A stretch of 64,000 bases of DNA, from positions 27,032,001 through 27,096,000 of the forward strand of contig OX597831.1 of assembly GCA_951406725.2 (NCBI GenBank), written 5' to 3'. Below the pieces are notes generated by a model that saw nothing but the letters and a program-made list of their open reading frames with translations, made no database searches and was not told where the DNA came from. Of this stretch, positions 39,505-56,505 are shown in pieces. This stretch comes from Octopus vulgaris. Its lineage: Eukaryota. Position 1 is the first letter of the stretch, and each line of letters opens with the position of its first letter. The translations under genes and the position numbers were made by a program.

Positions 39505-39750
39505 TATAGAAGCCCGTCGTATATATATATATGCGTGTGTGTGTTTGTGTGTCTGTGTTTGTCCCCCTAGCACTGCTTAACAACCGATGCTGGTGTGTTT
39601 ATGTCCCCCGTTACTTAGCGGTTCGGCAAAAAGAGACCGATAGAATAAGTACTGGGCTCACAAAAGTATAAGTCCCGGGTTCGAGTTGCTCGATTGAAGG
39701 CGGTGCTCCAGCATGGCCGCAGTCAAATAACCGAAACAAGTAAAAGAGTA
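39505..39750 (+). mobile_element. SINE family A, 3' half
   Basis: Matches the family A tail. Confidence 0.8.
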
Positions 39751-40129
39751 TATAAAAGTTGTGGTCATACTGGAGCACATATTTAATGCATCAGTCATAT
39801 CTTCTGTGCCATAACTATTATAACGAATGCTAAGCCCTTGCTCGTTCTTTAACTGTTTTCTCTGACGATGAGTACATTACCTGAAATATAGAGAATTAAT
39901 AAATTTTCATTCTAATAACCCTTCCCGCAAATTCCATTTTCTTATACCACAAGCGATCCCTTTTCTTCTTTTTTTTTGGGGGGGGGGGTATTTCATTCTT
40001 GTATTTGTTTGAGTTAATGGGTCTTTTAATCGATCCCACCGATCCAGTACTTATTCTTTTTAAGGCCACAACTTGTTTATTCAGTCTCCTTTTCGCGAAC
40101 CAGAGGCACATATACAAAAAATACACACG

Positions 40130-42385
<2,256 letters not shown>

Positions 42386-43098
42386 AGGCTGTCTCTACCT
42401 GTTCCGAATGGAGGAAATAAAAAGTAAACTAATAAACAAATAAAAAGTGTAGGAGGTTAACGAAGTTGAGTGAACGAAAGACAGAGAGAAGGAGCGGAGA
42501 AATGAATAGAATGATAGTGGGAGGGAGGGAGGAAAAGATATAAGGGATGGAACTGGAGAGAGAGATAAAGGGGGAGAAAGAGGGCGAGGGAGATAGAGAG
42601 AGAGGATGTAGAATGAGTGGTCGGGAGGGTTTGGCGGAAGATGAGTGTGAGAGGAAGATAATATATGTAGAGTGAGTCGAAGAAAAGAGAAAAGGTAAGA
42701 ATGAATAGAGAGGGGGAGTGTGTTTGAATGAAGAAGGTAATAATGAGGAAGAGAGAAATAAGGTGTGTGTGTATGTAAGAGAGAGAGTGTGTATGTATAG
42801 TGTAGTGTAGTGTAGCGATTGTGTTAAAGAGAGAGAGGGTAGAGGAGTGTGCCCGCGTATGTTTGTATATATGTGTAAGAGTTTGAGAAAGAGAGAGAGA
42901 GAGAGAAATTGTGTCATTGTTTGCAATAGAGAAAGAGAGAGAGAGGGAGGGAGAAGGAAGGGAGTGTGAAAGATTGAATGTGTTAACGTGATTTAATAGT
43001 AAAACCTACTCTTCCTTTCCCTCCTGTAGATTGTTTTATACTTCTCTTTCTCCTCGTTCACTACTCCTCCTCTTCCTCTACGTCTTGCCTCCTTCCCT

Positions 43099-43289
43099 CA
43101 CTTCCGTTTCGACGTGTTGCCACTCCTACCCTCTCGTTGTCTTCATTCGTTCACCAACGACGATATCGTAAGAGATAATACAGAGAGGGAGGGAGTGACA
43201 GCAACCCGCACTGCTTCGTATATGTGTGTGTATGCGCGTATGTGTATATGTATTAAATATACACAGCTACGTTCATAATATGACGGAAG
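43099..43289 (+). promoter_or_regulatory. Candidate ETS and CRE-half/ETS sites upstream of the DUSP gene
   Basis: CACTTCCG (CGGAAGTG on the - strand) at 43099 and overlapping TGACG/CGGAAG (TGACGGAAG) at 43281, 0.7-0.9 kb before the ATG. Motif match only. Confidence 0.3.
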
Positions 43290-43970
43290 ACACACCACAT
43301 AACACGTTTTCTGGCCAACCAGTCGTGTGTTAGGCTTTTAGCATTAGCATTTGTGTGGTGGACTTAGAGCTGAGAGCAGGGAAATTCTTTAATCTCGCTT
43401 TGCTCGCCATTCTCTCTCTCACTCTCTCATTTTTTTACACTATCCACAGCTTGCACACATATATATATATATATTAATGTGTAATATTCACTCTGCCAAA
43501 CCATTATAATCATTACCACCACCACACACGCACGCAATTTTAACACTCTTGGAATTTAATGCTTATTCTTTAAAGAAAGAATTAACAGACGTTTTGCTAC
43601 CAGAACCAGATTTATTACCTAAGCCAAAGCTGATATAAACCTAAACTGCGGCTTCCTTTCTTTTCCAATTTTTATATTTGTAAAATCAAATTTAGCTTTA
43701 TTCACATCTTTTCAAAGCTTGCTTTGAAAAACAGAACGAAAATATATACACGCACTTTGTATTTTGTACGTTGTTACTCTAAAAAAAAAAAGTAATTTTT
43801 AACAGTGCATATATATATATTTAAATAATATATATATTCATAGAATATATATATTTACTTAAATATATATTTCCAAAACATTAACTCATTCTCTTTGGTT
43901 TTAAGGGATTGAGGAAAATTCAATCAAGATTCATTTCCTTGTGAAGAGTCCCTCCAAGACATTGTCCAAG

Positions 43971-44331
43971 ATGGACATAACTGTACACATATCACCCCGC
44001 GACCTGTCCGAAATAATAACCAACAGTGAGAACACCTTGTTACTCGACTGTCGACCGTTTCTGTCGTTTAATGAAGGCCATATCATCACCGCCCGAAATA
44101 TCCACTGTCCACCGATATTAAAACGTCGGTCCGGAGGATTTATTTCACTGGAGAATATAGTGCCGGACGAAACCAAGCGATTACATTTGACCAGTGGCCA
44201 CTACACATCTGTTGTATTGTATGACCAGGACACGAACACTCTGGCTGATGTCAGCAACGACACGAACCTCTATTTGGTATTTAAGAGTCTCAGACAGCAA
44301 GTTCAAAACGTGGACATTTTTTACTTAAGTG
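43971..44331 (+). CDS. DUSP1: Coding exon 1 of a dual-specificity MAP-kinase phosphatase (DUSP1/DUSP4/MKP-like), encoding the rhodanese/CH2 kinase-binding domain
   Basis: From ATG 43971: MDITVHISPRDLSEII...LLLDCRPFLSFNEGHIITARNIHCPPILKRRSGG...VVLYDQ...IFYLS-G. LLDCRPF and GHI..A.N match the MKP CH2A motif and LKRR is the kinase-interaction motif. The exon ends at G|GTAAGT (phase-1 donor at 44332). The symbol is family-level; DUSP1 vs DUSP4 orthology is not resolvable here. Confidence 0.9.
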
Positions 44332-45227
44332 GTAAGTAAATATAATATATTTCTCTGTACTGTTGTTGTTGTGATGATTGGTTGTTGTGTAGATCCGACT
44401 AGTCGTGACCTTCTCGACGACTTCTTGGAGGGATATATCAACGACTGTTATAGTATCTCATGTTGCTCCTTTCAAAAGCAGCGTTGCATGATTTGAGGGA
44501 GATTTAGCTGCTATGTCTAGTAGGAGGAGAGAGAGAGAGCACAGTGACTCCGTGTGTCCGTGTATGTGTGCTACCGAGTAAATACAACAGCTTTGTTTAT
44601 ATTCTCTGTCGTCGCTTTTTGTATGTTCTGAGTTCAAATTGCGCTGTGGTCACGTTTCTTTAATCCATCTAAGGGGTCGACGAAATAATGTACTAGTCCT
44701 TGTCGCTATATTGCCTTTCCTTCCAAATTCGTGCTCCAGTATGACCGCAGCTTTTAGGCTGAAAAAAAAATAAATGAATAACTTCCTCCCACTCCATTCG
44801 AAACCATTTCTTGTGCGTGCGCGTGTCAACGAACAAGTGATGATGGAATATATATATATATATACAATAATAATAATAATAATTTCAAAATTTGGCACAA
44901 GGCCAGCAAATTCAGGGAAGGGAGTACGTCGATTACATCGATCCAGTATCCAACTGGTATACCTGTTTTATCGACCCTCGAAAGGGATAAAGTCCAAAGT
45001 CGACCTCGGCAGGGAGTTGTAAAAAAAAAAAAAATAACAATAATTGTAATAACTAGAATTGTGGGATGTCACCATTCACGTTTATTTCACTGGCATAATT
45101 TTTGATTCCCACAGTTTTAAAATGCAAGACCGGTCTTTATTTAAGATACAAGACAGGTCTTTATTTGTTTACTACTAATAAAGACCTGTGGAGAGGGAAC
45201 AATTACTATGAACAGTATTTGTTATTG

Positions 45228-45268
<41 letters not shown>

Positions 45269-45509
45269 CTCTCCCCCCCCCCCATCGTCATTGATTTTTT
45301 TGTTATTGTTGATGTGCAGCAGAACGATGTTGACACCGTTTGTTGTTGTTTGTTGTATTTTGTTTTGTTTTGTTTTCCCGCCGTGATAGCCATGGCAGGA
45401 TTTAATCATGAAAGAAATTTTCATAGGAGATTAAATAAATATGAAATATATATGAATGAAGACGTTCTGTTGAAATGCGTGCACGAACAACACGCGCACC
45501 TGCAGTCTG

Positions 45510-45547
<38 letters not shown>

Positions 45548-46008
45548 AGCATGTTATATACGCGTGTTGTGTATGTATATATATATATATAAATTTTATT
45601 TTAACAATTCATGGTCATATTGGTGTCTATTCTATACACTACAAATGCATCTTATTGTACTGTATTTACAAAACTATATATATTATATATACATACATAC
45701 ACACACACACGTGTTAATATGTTGTGTGTGTGTGTGTGTGTGTATGCAGTTGCGATTCTGAGATAAAACCATTTCATCTATTGAAGAATTTTTCTCTTGA
45801 ACATTCCCAAAACGACGGCGATGAGGGGGCGTATAGGTTTTCAGGAAGTACTAAAGCGATGATAGTGGCTGGCGGGGGGGGGGGTTTAGAGGGAGGGAGG
45901 GAGAGAAGAGGAAAAATGGGGGGAGGAAGGTAGAAGCTATTGAGAGAGATAAGATTTGCCAGGAAGTACTACTGCTGTGGCTACTAACACATAGAAAAAT
46001 ACACACAA

Positions 46009-46074
<66 letters not shown>

Positions 46075-48221
46075 ATCCATCCACACGCTACGTTGGTGCT
46101 TACGAAGAATTTTATCTGGCTTCTACCTCTTCCGGTAACCGCAAAGTAGTAGTAACAGTCTGGTCTGTCTGTCTGTCTGTGGGTGTGCTTTGATGGTTCT
46201 AGAGTTCATTATCATCTTGCCTCTCTAACTCAAAGATTTTCGTACACATTTACTCTCACCCCCGCCTTCCCTCTCTTTCTCTCTCTCTTTCTGTTCTGCT
46301 GGTCTACTTAACTTTGCCCTGAATAAGAATTTTGGAATGGAAGAATGTGTGTGATCAGTCCAAGCACCACTAACCAAATTGGTGCTGCTTACCTATTTTT
46401 TTATTGCACTAGCGTTTCCTCACCCACTTATATTGTACACACAGACAGACAGACAATATCTGTGTTGTGTGTGTCTATCTATGAGTGTGTTTAGTAAGAG
46501 AAAGAGCGCGAATGAGTTTATGTGAAAAACCTCTGCTCAATTGATCTGATCTTTAGGTTTCACTTCAAGTAACGAATTCATTTCCAAGATCTTCATTTCA
46601 TTCAGTTCCATTCTGAAAAATGATGGTTGCGCCTCGTTCTGGGGTTGTGGCCACGAAGACCCCCTGAATGATGGCGGCAGTACAGAGGCGAAATACTTAA
46701 GGGGGGGGAAAAAGCTTAATAGAAGAATATTTCACACAGTTCATATGTGAGAATAACAAGATTTATATCAAATAATAAAATAATGATGATAATAATAAAG
46801 AAATAATAAACAGCAGCAGCAATGACAATATTCAGCAGAACGCGCACATACATAGAGGGGAAAGTGTAGGCATGTGGGTCAACCCACAAGCAACTCCTTG
46901 GGTATTCCGTCTATATCTATAATGCAAGTGTCTTCTTGCCGCCAACCTACGCTCTAGTTTTATTGCCCCTCTGATGCAAGTGAAGGATGTTGGAATGCCT
47001 ACGGAAGGAAACTAAGCATCACTATTGGAGCTTTATGAATGGAAGACGCGGTGAGAATGTGTTTCATTTGCCAAGACAACGGTGAAGGCGGGCGACGTTG
47101 CTTACTGTCACCCCCAGTATTCAACTGGTAAAATAAAATGTTTTTTCAAGTAACTATTACACATGTAGCACTTATATACATAAGGTTTGTGCCCATACTG
47201 TTCCAATCAGCTGAGATTATCTAAGCCATGAGTTGACAAAAACTTCCGTTAAATTTGCTCTAAAACCTAAAATGAAAAGCAGTTATGGGAGACAACTCCA
47301 ATGAGATCAGTTGATGGAAGTTTTTTTTTTGGACAATACATCAACACAATGTAGATTAGAGTAGATAAGTCAAATGATGTAATGTTTCGATCTTATTTAG
47401 ACCTCCTCAGCGAAGCGAATTCAGTTCAGTGGGTGGATAGATAGACTATTATTAAGTGACCAATGTGTATGCGTGCGTGAGTGTAACAACGTCGCAACAC
47501 TGATTATAGAAGAGACAATATGGCCGAGGGAAAATACCTGCGTGTAGCTTTTCTGCGTGCAGATGCATTATGCAGCGCACGTCATTTAGGTATTTTCCCT
47601 CAGCATATATCGTCTGTGTGTGCGCGCGAAATCGTGTCACTGGGAAATGAAACCGTAATTTTCAGTATGAATAACTTGGCAGAAAAAATTATGAATTTGT
47701 ATCCTTCTGATTTTTATGTTAGTTGAATATCTTTTAATAATTAATAAAATATTTCGTTAAAATCAAATAACAACAAAGAGCTTTGGTTTGAGATTTTTTT
47801 TTACTTTAGCAAAAATAAAATCACCCACTACTATTATTACTGTTTCGTGCAGCTACTAGTTGTACTACTACTGCTGCTGCTGCTAGCCTCATTAAGAAGT
47901 GATTGTTATGTATCATGTTAATGATAGAATCTCGGTCAAACACATCCCCCCCTCCTCCTTACCTGAACTCCTCTACTCTTTATTGAAAACAAAAGCCAGC
48001 CGAGCTTTTCTGCCTATCTAGTTGTTAAGTACTCTCTCTTTCGCCAGTGTATCAGATATTCTTTATCTAGTGACCTAGCTACTCACTTACCTCTCTATCT
48101 TTGTACAGTGTGTGTATGTGGATGGTTAGATAGATGATGTGATATATGTGCCTGTCTAAATATGTGTATATATATATATAAATATATACTTTATTTAAAG
48201 CAGCAGAAAATTCAACAAAAT

Positions 48222-48259
48222 CTGTTACTCTGAGTTTCTCGTTGCCGTTCATTAGACAG
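48222..48259 (-). ncRNA. Hammerhead motif (G5A) in a (TA)n-flanked fragment inside DUSP intron 1
   Basis: ctgt-CTAATGA-ACGgcaaCGa-GAAAC-tcaga-GTA-acag. Same family as the 14173 hairpin. Confidence 0.55.
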
Positions 48260-49262
48260 TTATATATATATATATGAGGAAATAAAATGTGTATTCCCAC
48301 GCAGGAAAGAATACTGGAAATTTTGTTTTGGGGTTTAAAAAAAGCAACTGAAAATTAACACAAGTCGTTTTAAAATTTTGTGGTATATATATATACACAT
48401 ATATATATATAGTGTGTGTGGTGAGAGAGAGGTGTAATCTTAATTAATAAGAACCGAGTGGAATAAGATACTTTGTTGGAACATGAATATGTTGATACTC
48501 AGAGTTTCTCGAAACTAGTGGGAATTAGATAGATAGAATACGCCTGCACGTATTTATTTAATACACCAAAAAATCTCTGTTTTTCTCTGGCTGCGATCCA
48601 TAAACACCTCTCTCCTACAGTAATCTCTAGTAGTTACCTCCCTTGTGGCCGCCATTACTTCTCCAAAACTACATCATCACCTATTTATAGTATATTACAA
48701 GCTAGCTACATCACTCTCTGCAGTTTCCATCTAAACATCACCTACATTCACCACCAGCATCACTCTTCTTCCTCATTTCGTTGTTGTTGTTGATTATTTT
48801 GAACAGCTGAGTGGGCGACTGGCTTATACAGTTTTGTTTTATTTATTTTTTCCATTCACCCATTCTTCCTTTTTTTTTTTTTATCCTTTGATCTCTAAAA
48901 ATTCCCCGTTCATTAATTATTTTTATTCTTTCTCGTTAACAAATATATCGTGCATGTAATTATATAGTTCGGGCTGTATATATATATATATATATATATA
49001 TCTAATATATGTATATATATATATATCTAATATATGTATATATATATATATCTAATGTATGTATATATATATCTATCTAATGTATGTATATATATATCTA
49101 TCTAATATATGTATATATATATCTATCTAATATATGTATATATATATATATCTATCTAATATATGTATATATATATCTATCTAATATATGTATATATATA
49201 TATATATATCTATCTAATATATGTATATATATATCTATCTAATATATATATATATATATATA

Positions 49263-49335
<73 letters not shown>

Positions 49336-49400
49336 TATAAAATTGGATTCAATCCTAAATCTGATTTTTCCCTGTAAGTTTGGATTTATTCCCTAATATT

Positions 49401-49450
<50 letters not shown>

Positions 49451-51100
49451 GTTGAGTATTTTGTAAACATGATCTTCATCTTAGACATAAAAATAGATTT
49501 ATCTCGACAAAATCTGTCAGTAATGTTTATATAATGAAAATATATGGTATTTGCCTCTTTAATTCAACACACCTGTGATCAAAGGCGCTCTGATTGTGGC
49601 CAACCTGTCTAGTTTTGTATATCTAGAACTACCTAATTCAGTTCAATAAGCCATACATTTTTATTTTTAATAAAACAGCAAAGGTGTAAATTGAGAGAAT
49701 CTAGCTGGTATTTCTTGCAGGTTGAGTAACCATGTAGAGGCAAAAGCTGAAGAATTTCGGTTGTGATGTGGAAATTTCGCCCCCATTTAAACCTGGAATT
49801 GCCTCCTGATGAATTCTTTAATCCCTTTCCCAAGAAAGAATGCCCCCACTCCCTACAAAATGGTTTCATTCTTGAGACTAAAACATTAATTTAATTTCCA
49901 TATTAATGAATTTGTAGAAATTAAAATTCATTGATATTTTCAGTACAGAATATATATATATATATATATATATATACTCCCACGAGTTTCTTAACACTTG
50001 GAATTTGGGGCGGAGTTTTGGAATAAGCTGTCCTTCGAAGTCCCTTCACCTCATAGGAAAGGAAATGTGTAGGCTTTTTTTTTTTTTTCTGAAATGAGAA
50101 TTGATTAAATTTTTTTTTCTGTTTCTTTTCCAAAAATATTTGCAGCTTTTTGCTTTTTATTTATTGGGGAAGGTGGGCTCTACAATTTTTTTGGGGGGGT
50201 GGGTGGGTGGGAGCCCTCTGCGTCCGTACTCTTTTCCTTTCCCGTGGGGTATGGGACTTCGAAAAGGTAGCTATTCCCCCAAAAAACTCCCACCACGGTT
50301 TTGCTTCTGCTATTAGAAGTGGTCTCGGCCCCTTAACATAGGTGCTTCGTCGTGGCGGCCTTCACTGGTGTGGAAGGAGTGATGTAGGGAGTGGAATTCA
50401 TTAACACAATTAGTTTGGTGTGGTGTGGTGTGTGTGTGTTTTTTTTTATCAACTTACATTATTCATGTGACTAAATTCAAATTCAAACACTTTGGTGATG
50501 GGTGGGCGCGAAATGTTTTGTTCATTTTCAAATACTCTTGTGAAATATGTCTAAATAGGTTTTGTGTGAACGTATTGTGTGTGTGTGTGTGTGAGTTTTC
50601 ATGTGACACACGGGTGTATAAAGGTCGAATTAGTCTTTTATCAATTTCAATAGGAAAATGTTGAAGGCGCGTGGCCTAGTGGTTAGAGTGTTAGGTTGAC
50701 GATCGTTATGTCATGGGTTCGATTCATGGTCCTGGCACTGCGTTAAGTTCTTCTACAAGAAGCTTCATTTTCATGTAACTTTAATACAGAAGCTGAATCT
50801 ACTTGCTTGCTGAAACCAGGTTTATAAATTTCAGCTATAGGTTGTTTACAGTGGCGTTAATCGATACCAGTAATTATTTCAGGATTTTGCTTATTTTATC
50901 GATCTCAGCAATCAATCACTGCGCAGATTGCTCTAGTAGATTAAAGCTATCTCTTCTTCCTCCTACCCATTCACATCAAATCCGGAGGATTTGTGGGAGG
51001 AAAAGATGTCTTGACTTTCATTCATAACTCAAATGAATTAAGATTACTTATATAATATATACATATATATGCATGTATGTGTTTTTATGTGTGTATATAC

Positions 51101-51150
<50 letters not shown>

Positions 51151-51348
51151 ATAATAAATATTAGGGAATAAATCCAAACTTACTGGGAAAAATCAGATTT
51201 AGGATTGAATCCAATTTTATTGTAAAATATTATATTATATTAAATTAGAGACAAAACCACTATTAGGCAAATCAAACAATGAAAAACTTAAGCCAATACA
51301 TAAGATTAATTTATATTATTTAAATATATAACAAAATTATATAATTTA

Positions 51349-51396
<48 letters not shown>

Positions 51397-51786
51397 CACA
51401 CAATCAGTGGCATATTGTTTAATAAGGTCTGTTGGAATAATGGCTGGTGGGAGTCAGGTGATAGCAAAAAAAGAGAAACTGGTTGGAAACACAATTGGTG
51501 AAGAGACAGGTGGGTGAGAACAGCTCTTGTGTACCTGTGTTATATAACAACAGACGAAGCTGCACAAACAGGTGTACACCTTTCTAGAAATTCTAACCTG
51601 TTCTCTCATTTTGGAATTGTCCCAAACGCTGGTGTAGTTAATATTCTATAATAGAGCGCTGATATGACATGAGCTACAAGGATGGGGGAATATAGCGGTT
51701 CGGTAAAAGAGACCGATGGAATAGGTGTCAGGCATTAAAAATAAGAACTGGGGTAGATTTCTTTGACCAAACTCTTCAAGGTGGTG

Positions 51787-51848
<62 letters not shown>

Positions 51849-53529
51849 GATATATATATATACTTATAAGACCAAAAAGGGTACAGGCGTCGCTATATAT
51901 ATATGTATATGTAAAAAAACAAACTGGGACAAGAACGCAAAATCGTCTTCTAAATGTTTTGCGTTCTTGTCCCAGTTTGTATTTTTTTACATATACATAT
52001 ATATATATATATATAATCCTTTGTTACTTGTTTCAGTCACTAGACTGCGGCCATGCTGGGGCACCGCCTCGAAGGGTCTATTCGAACAAATTGACAACAG
52101 GACTTATTTTTAAAGCCCTTTATTCTATATCGATCACTTTAGCCGAACCGCTGTGTATGATAAAATGTGTTTGCTTATAGAAGTGCTGCTACATTAATTA
52201 ATATTGTCCTGTTTGTAGTATCTAAAAAAAAAAAATTAAAATGGAAGGAAAAAAATTTTACTCGCTCCTGTGTGCGCGTGCGCACGCACTGCACCGTCTT
52301 ATGCAATGACTAGTCGTCTGTAAATGTCTGACTGAATAAATCCAAATACCCAAATTTCAATCATCACTGACTGCATATTAAGACACACACGCACCCACAC
52401 ACGCATAACTACGCTCACACTTGATATAAAATTATCGTTGATTTGTCACAAAAATGCCATCTTTGCTTCCATATCACTCCACAGGTGTGGTTATGTAAGG
52501 CGTTAGGCATGTGAAATTGTGTATGTATGTGTGTGTGTGTATATATATATATATATTGTAGATATACCAATCTACGCCTACCTTATCTATATACCCTCCT
52601 TATCAATGTTTGCGACATTACAAACACGCTATATATATGCATATGTGTATGTGAAAACATGCTCCTTTATATTTATAAGAATGTGTATACGTGTGTATAG
52701 ATGCCAAGAACGGGACACACACACACACAGAGGAAAGGAGCTAGGTGCAGTTTGGGTAGATTAGCTACCCGGAGTACCTTCAACAAACGGAGCGGCTGTT
52801 GAACCCGATAGACTGAATAGTGAAAATTAACCCTTACGAGTATGAATGAATGCTGGGGAGGGGACCAGTTTGACCCTCAGGGATTGTTGATGACAAATGG
52901 GTTTTCGGGTTAGTCGTTGCATAGGTACGGTGAGGTGTCGTATACAAATGACAATAGTGTGGGTGGCGATCCTTCGATATTGGTCTAGAGACGTCATTCA
53001 CTCTTTTTCAGCCTAGCCTCTTTATATGTGTCATGACAGAGGGTTTGTGGGTGAATGACGTCGCGTACCAATACCGAAGGATTGCCCCCAATATGCTCTG
53101 GAATGGAACGCGTACAGAGATCCCCCAATGTACCCAACCGTTGAACGAATACATTTAAGTATCAGGAAATAATTACAATTATTTAACCCGTCAGGGTTTG
53201 AACTAGCGATATCCGGCTCAAATATTCTATCTGTTCTAACTTGCTTTTCACGCCTGCCCTTATAACGTCGTTCTAAAACAAAAATATTCGCATCATAGAA
53301 ATCTTAAAGCTACAAGATGATACACGATTACGCATTATCTTGTAGCTTCACACACGCGCATAATAAAATAAGTTTTACATTAAACAGAGTAATCAGAATA
53401 TTAAAAGATTAAAGGAATATAATTAGTTAAGATGAGATGCAATTCAGAGTTACTGTTCACGGCCTCTTGTCAATGAGACTTTTTACTACGCGAGAAATTT
53501 TTAGCTCAGAGTTAATAACTATCCATTAC

Positions 53530-53930
53530 AATTCGTTAATCTGGAAGTTTTTGACGGGGTGATGTATACCACACTGTATAGTCGGGTGGTCTTCAACTGA
53601 ACTTAGTATAAGTGTCAATAGGTTATGAGCGCAGTTTAGGCTGTGTTCTGAGGTATAGTTAGCGGAGTGGGGTTTGGCTGAGAGTACAGCAAGAAATCTT
53701 GTGATGCAGTCAGGTGTGCACCATGGCTCGCTTTTTTGACCACTTTTGTTGATCACAATTTCCCCAGATAAGAGTAGTTTCAAATGGTTGTCTTGTGAGA
53801 ACTTCTGTACGTCAGCGACCTAGTTCTCCCTGGCGGAAATCCTAGTCGAGATAGGTAGAAGATACTCCAAACAGCTTTGAAACGAGGGGCATGAAGTCAA
53901 ATCTGTAAAGACAGAAGTTCTACTCGGAAA
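53530..53930 (+). mobile_element. Decayed non-LTR reverse-transcriptase fragment
   Basis: SGVHHGSLF*PLL resembles the RT motif SGVPQGS.LGPLL. Stops are present. Confidence 0.45.
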
Positions 53931-54834
53931 GAAAGAATTGGTAGGAAACTTAGGATGTTCACTTTTACTTAATATTCAGTTAGCCAAATGACTTGTCAAT
54001 GTTTCAACGAATTACAGACAAGATATACAACCAATTAGCCTGCGAGTGCGTATGTAAAACCTACAAATATACAATTGAACATTTTATCTGTTCATGTATG
54101 GGTCATACATGTGTCTACAAATTTACATGTGCTTGTTTTCAGACTAAAGAAAATAGCACTCAATACTTGGTGTACGGTATGCCTTTAATAAGAAATCAAG
54201 TTGGTGATTCATTGTATAGTGTGTGACTGATCAGATGTGTTTTTTCTGTGACAATCCAGAATAACAACAGAGTGACTCGGTAACTACACCCGCACACAAA
54301 CTTGAATGAATGCGTGTCATAAAAGATGCTTGGCATTTTGACATGCCAGCTCACCAGACAGACAGAGGAGAGCCACCATATCACAAACGTTCATAAAGTA
54401 ACTTGTCACCTTTTGATGATTAAGATATATTTGCTTTTCATTTTCAGTTCAATATAAGAAAGTGTTTCAACACCTAGAACATTATATTGCATTTTAAATT
54501 GATGTAATGTTTGCATTGTTCAATTAAATGGAGTTGCATGAAACGATCGTACTGCATTACCTCCATATATCCTTATTATTTTATATATATATATTATAGA
54601 GAGAGGGGGGCTTTTTATGAGCGCACACAAAAACGTTTCACTTAAACAGACTTAAAGGATATATTCCAGATGACAAGTTAAAAATATCTGTAATCTTGAG
54701 TCCGACAAAATATACATTCCCGAAGAGCCAACCATGAGCGAAACAAAATATATTTTGTCGGACTTATGATGATGATGGATTAAATATTATAGACACCTAC
54801 ATCATTTACTATATACATAATATATATATATATT

Positions 54835-55049
54835 AAATTAGAGATAAAACCACTATTAGGCAAATCATACAATGAAAAACTTAAGCCAATACATAAGATT
54901 ATTTAATTTATATTATTTAAATATATAACAAAATTATTAAAAAAATATAATTTTGTTATATATTTAAATAATATAAATTAAATAATCTTATGTATTGGCT
55001 TAAGTTTTTCATTGTATGATTTGCCTAATAGTGGTTTTATCTCTAATTT
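54835..55049. repeat. Essentially perfect AT-rich fold-back (~100-bp arms)
   Basis: AAATTAGAGATAAAACCACTATTAGGC... / ...GCCTAATAGTGGTTTTATCTCTAATTT. Non-inverted relatives lie at 51150-51350 and 49330-49410. Confidence 0.85.
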
Positions 55050-56229
55050 TATATAATATAATATTTTACTATAAAATTGGATTTATTCCCTAATATTTAT
55101 TATTATTATATATATATATAATAAATATATATACATATACATACACGCGCGCGCACACACAAACATATTGCAGTCTCTCATTGAAAAAGAAAACCTGTCG
55201 TAGCGGAAGTTGTAATCTAATGTATCAATTCCAGCGGAAGTAACGTAATCTGTACCAACCCACACGAAAGGCTTTTTCGAATTATGTAATGGTTTTAGTT
55301 GATGTGGCTATCGTCTGTATAATTTCTCTGTGTATGTGTGTGCGCGCCTTTAACTGTTATGTGACTACTTGATGTATGAATGCGTTTGTAGTTTGAGTGC
55401 CCCTCTCTCTCTTTCTAATATATATATATATATATCGTGTTCATATGGCTACTGCCTGTGTATGTATTGTGCCTCCGTAACGTTTTAGTTAGGTGGCTAC
55501 TTACATCTGAATGTCTATCAAGTTGGCTGTCTGGCTTACTACCTCTCTCTCTCTCTCTTCTCTCATTCATGTATGTGTCCGTGCGGAATAGCCTTTTCTA
55601 TTACCACCACCACCACTACAGGGCCTGTTTTCTATACAGATACACAATAAAAACTATATCTAGTCATTTCTTTGTATTTTATTGTAGCGCATTTATTGTT
55701 TATTTATAAGCTTAGTGTCTTCGACTCCCTCTCAATCCCGTCTCCCATATTGCCGGCCGAGCACCATTCATAAAGAAACGATAAAATTATGAATGACCAC
55801 ATATGTGCGTGCGTGCGTGTGTGTGTGCGAAGTCTGTAATAGTATTTTATTATCCAGGTTAACCAGTAGAGGGCGCAATCTCCACTTAATAATTACTCTA
55901 TTTCTTAATGCCTTTTGTGTCTGTATGAATGTTTAATTTATGCCTGTGTATTTTATGTATGTATGTACCTCGTATACACACATACAATACACATGCATGC
56001 AAACATAGACACGCATACATGACTTCCATTCAAGATCAAATTAAAGCCAGAGGCGGTTCTATTGTATATATATTATAAAAGGAGGTTAAATTAAAAACCT
56101 AAGTTATAAAGATATCTTTCTATAGATCCAGCTGCAGATCTGAAGGATTAATGAATACAGATAATCTTGCAAAGGGCGGGAAGGGTGGTTTATCTAACAA
56201 ACAGTTGGGTTTTTTTTTTTTTTGTGTCC

Positions 56230-56505
56230 TTCTGTTGCAGCCCCGAGCTGACCAAAATACATTGTGAGTGGATCTGGAAGACGGAAACTGAAAGAAGCCC
56301 ATCGTGCAGTGTGTGTGTTTGTGAGATAGCCTGTGTTGATTTTCGTCCCCTTAACTTAGCGGCTCGGCAAAATGAGATTGATAGAATAAGTACCAGGCTT
56401 TTTTTAAAAAAGCAAAAAAAAGCACTGCTGTCGATTTGTGCGATTAAAACCCTTCAAGGCGATGCCCCAGCATGGCCAAAGTCTAATGATTGAAGCAAGT
56501 AAAAT
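56230..56505 (+). mobile_element. Older SINE family A copy
   Basis: Diverged match to the family A body and tail. Confidence 0.65.

Noticed and set aside
43941-43970. ORF-track start at GTG 43941 and read-through to 44339
   Set aside because: In a eukaryotic gene the first in-frame ATG is 43971, and the frame is spliced at 44331.
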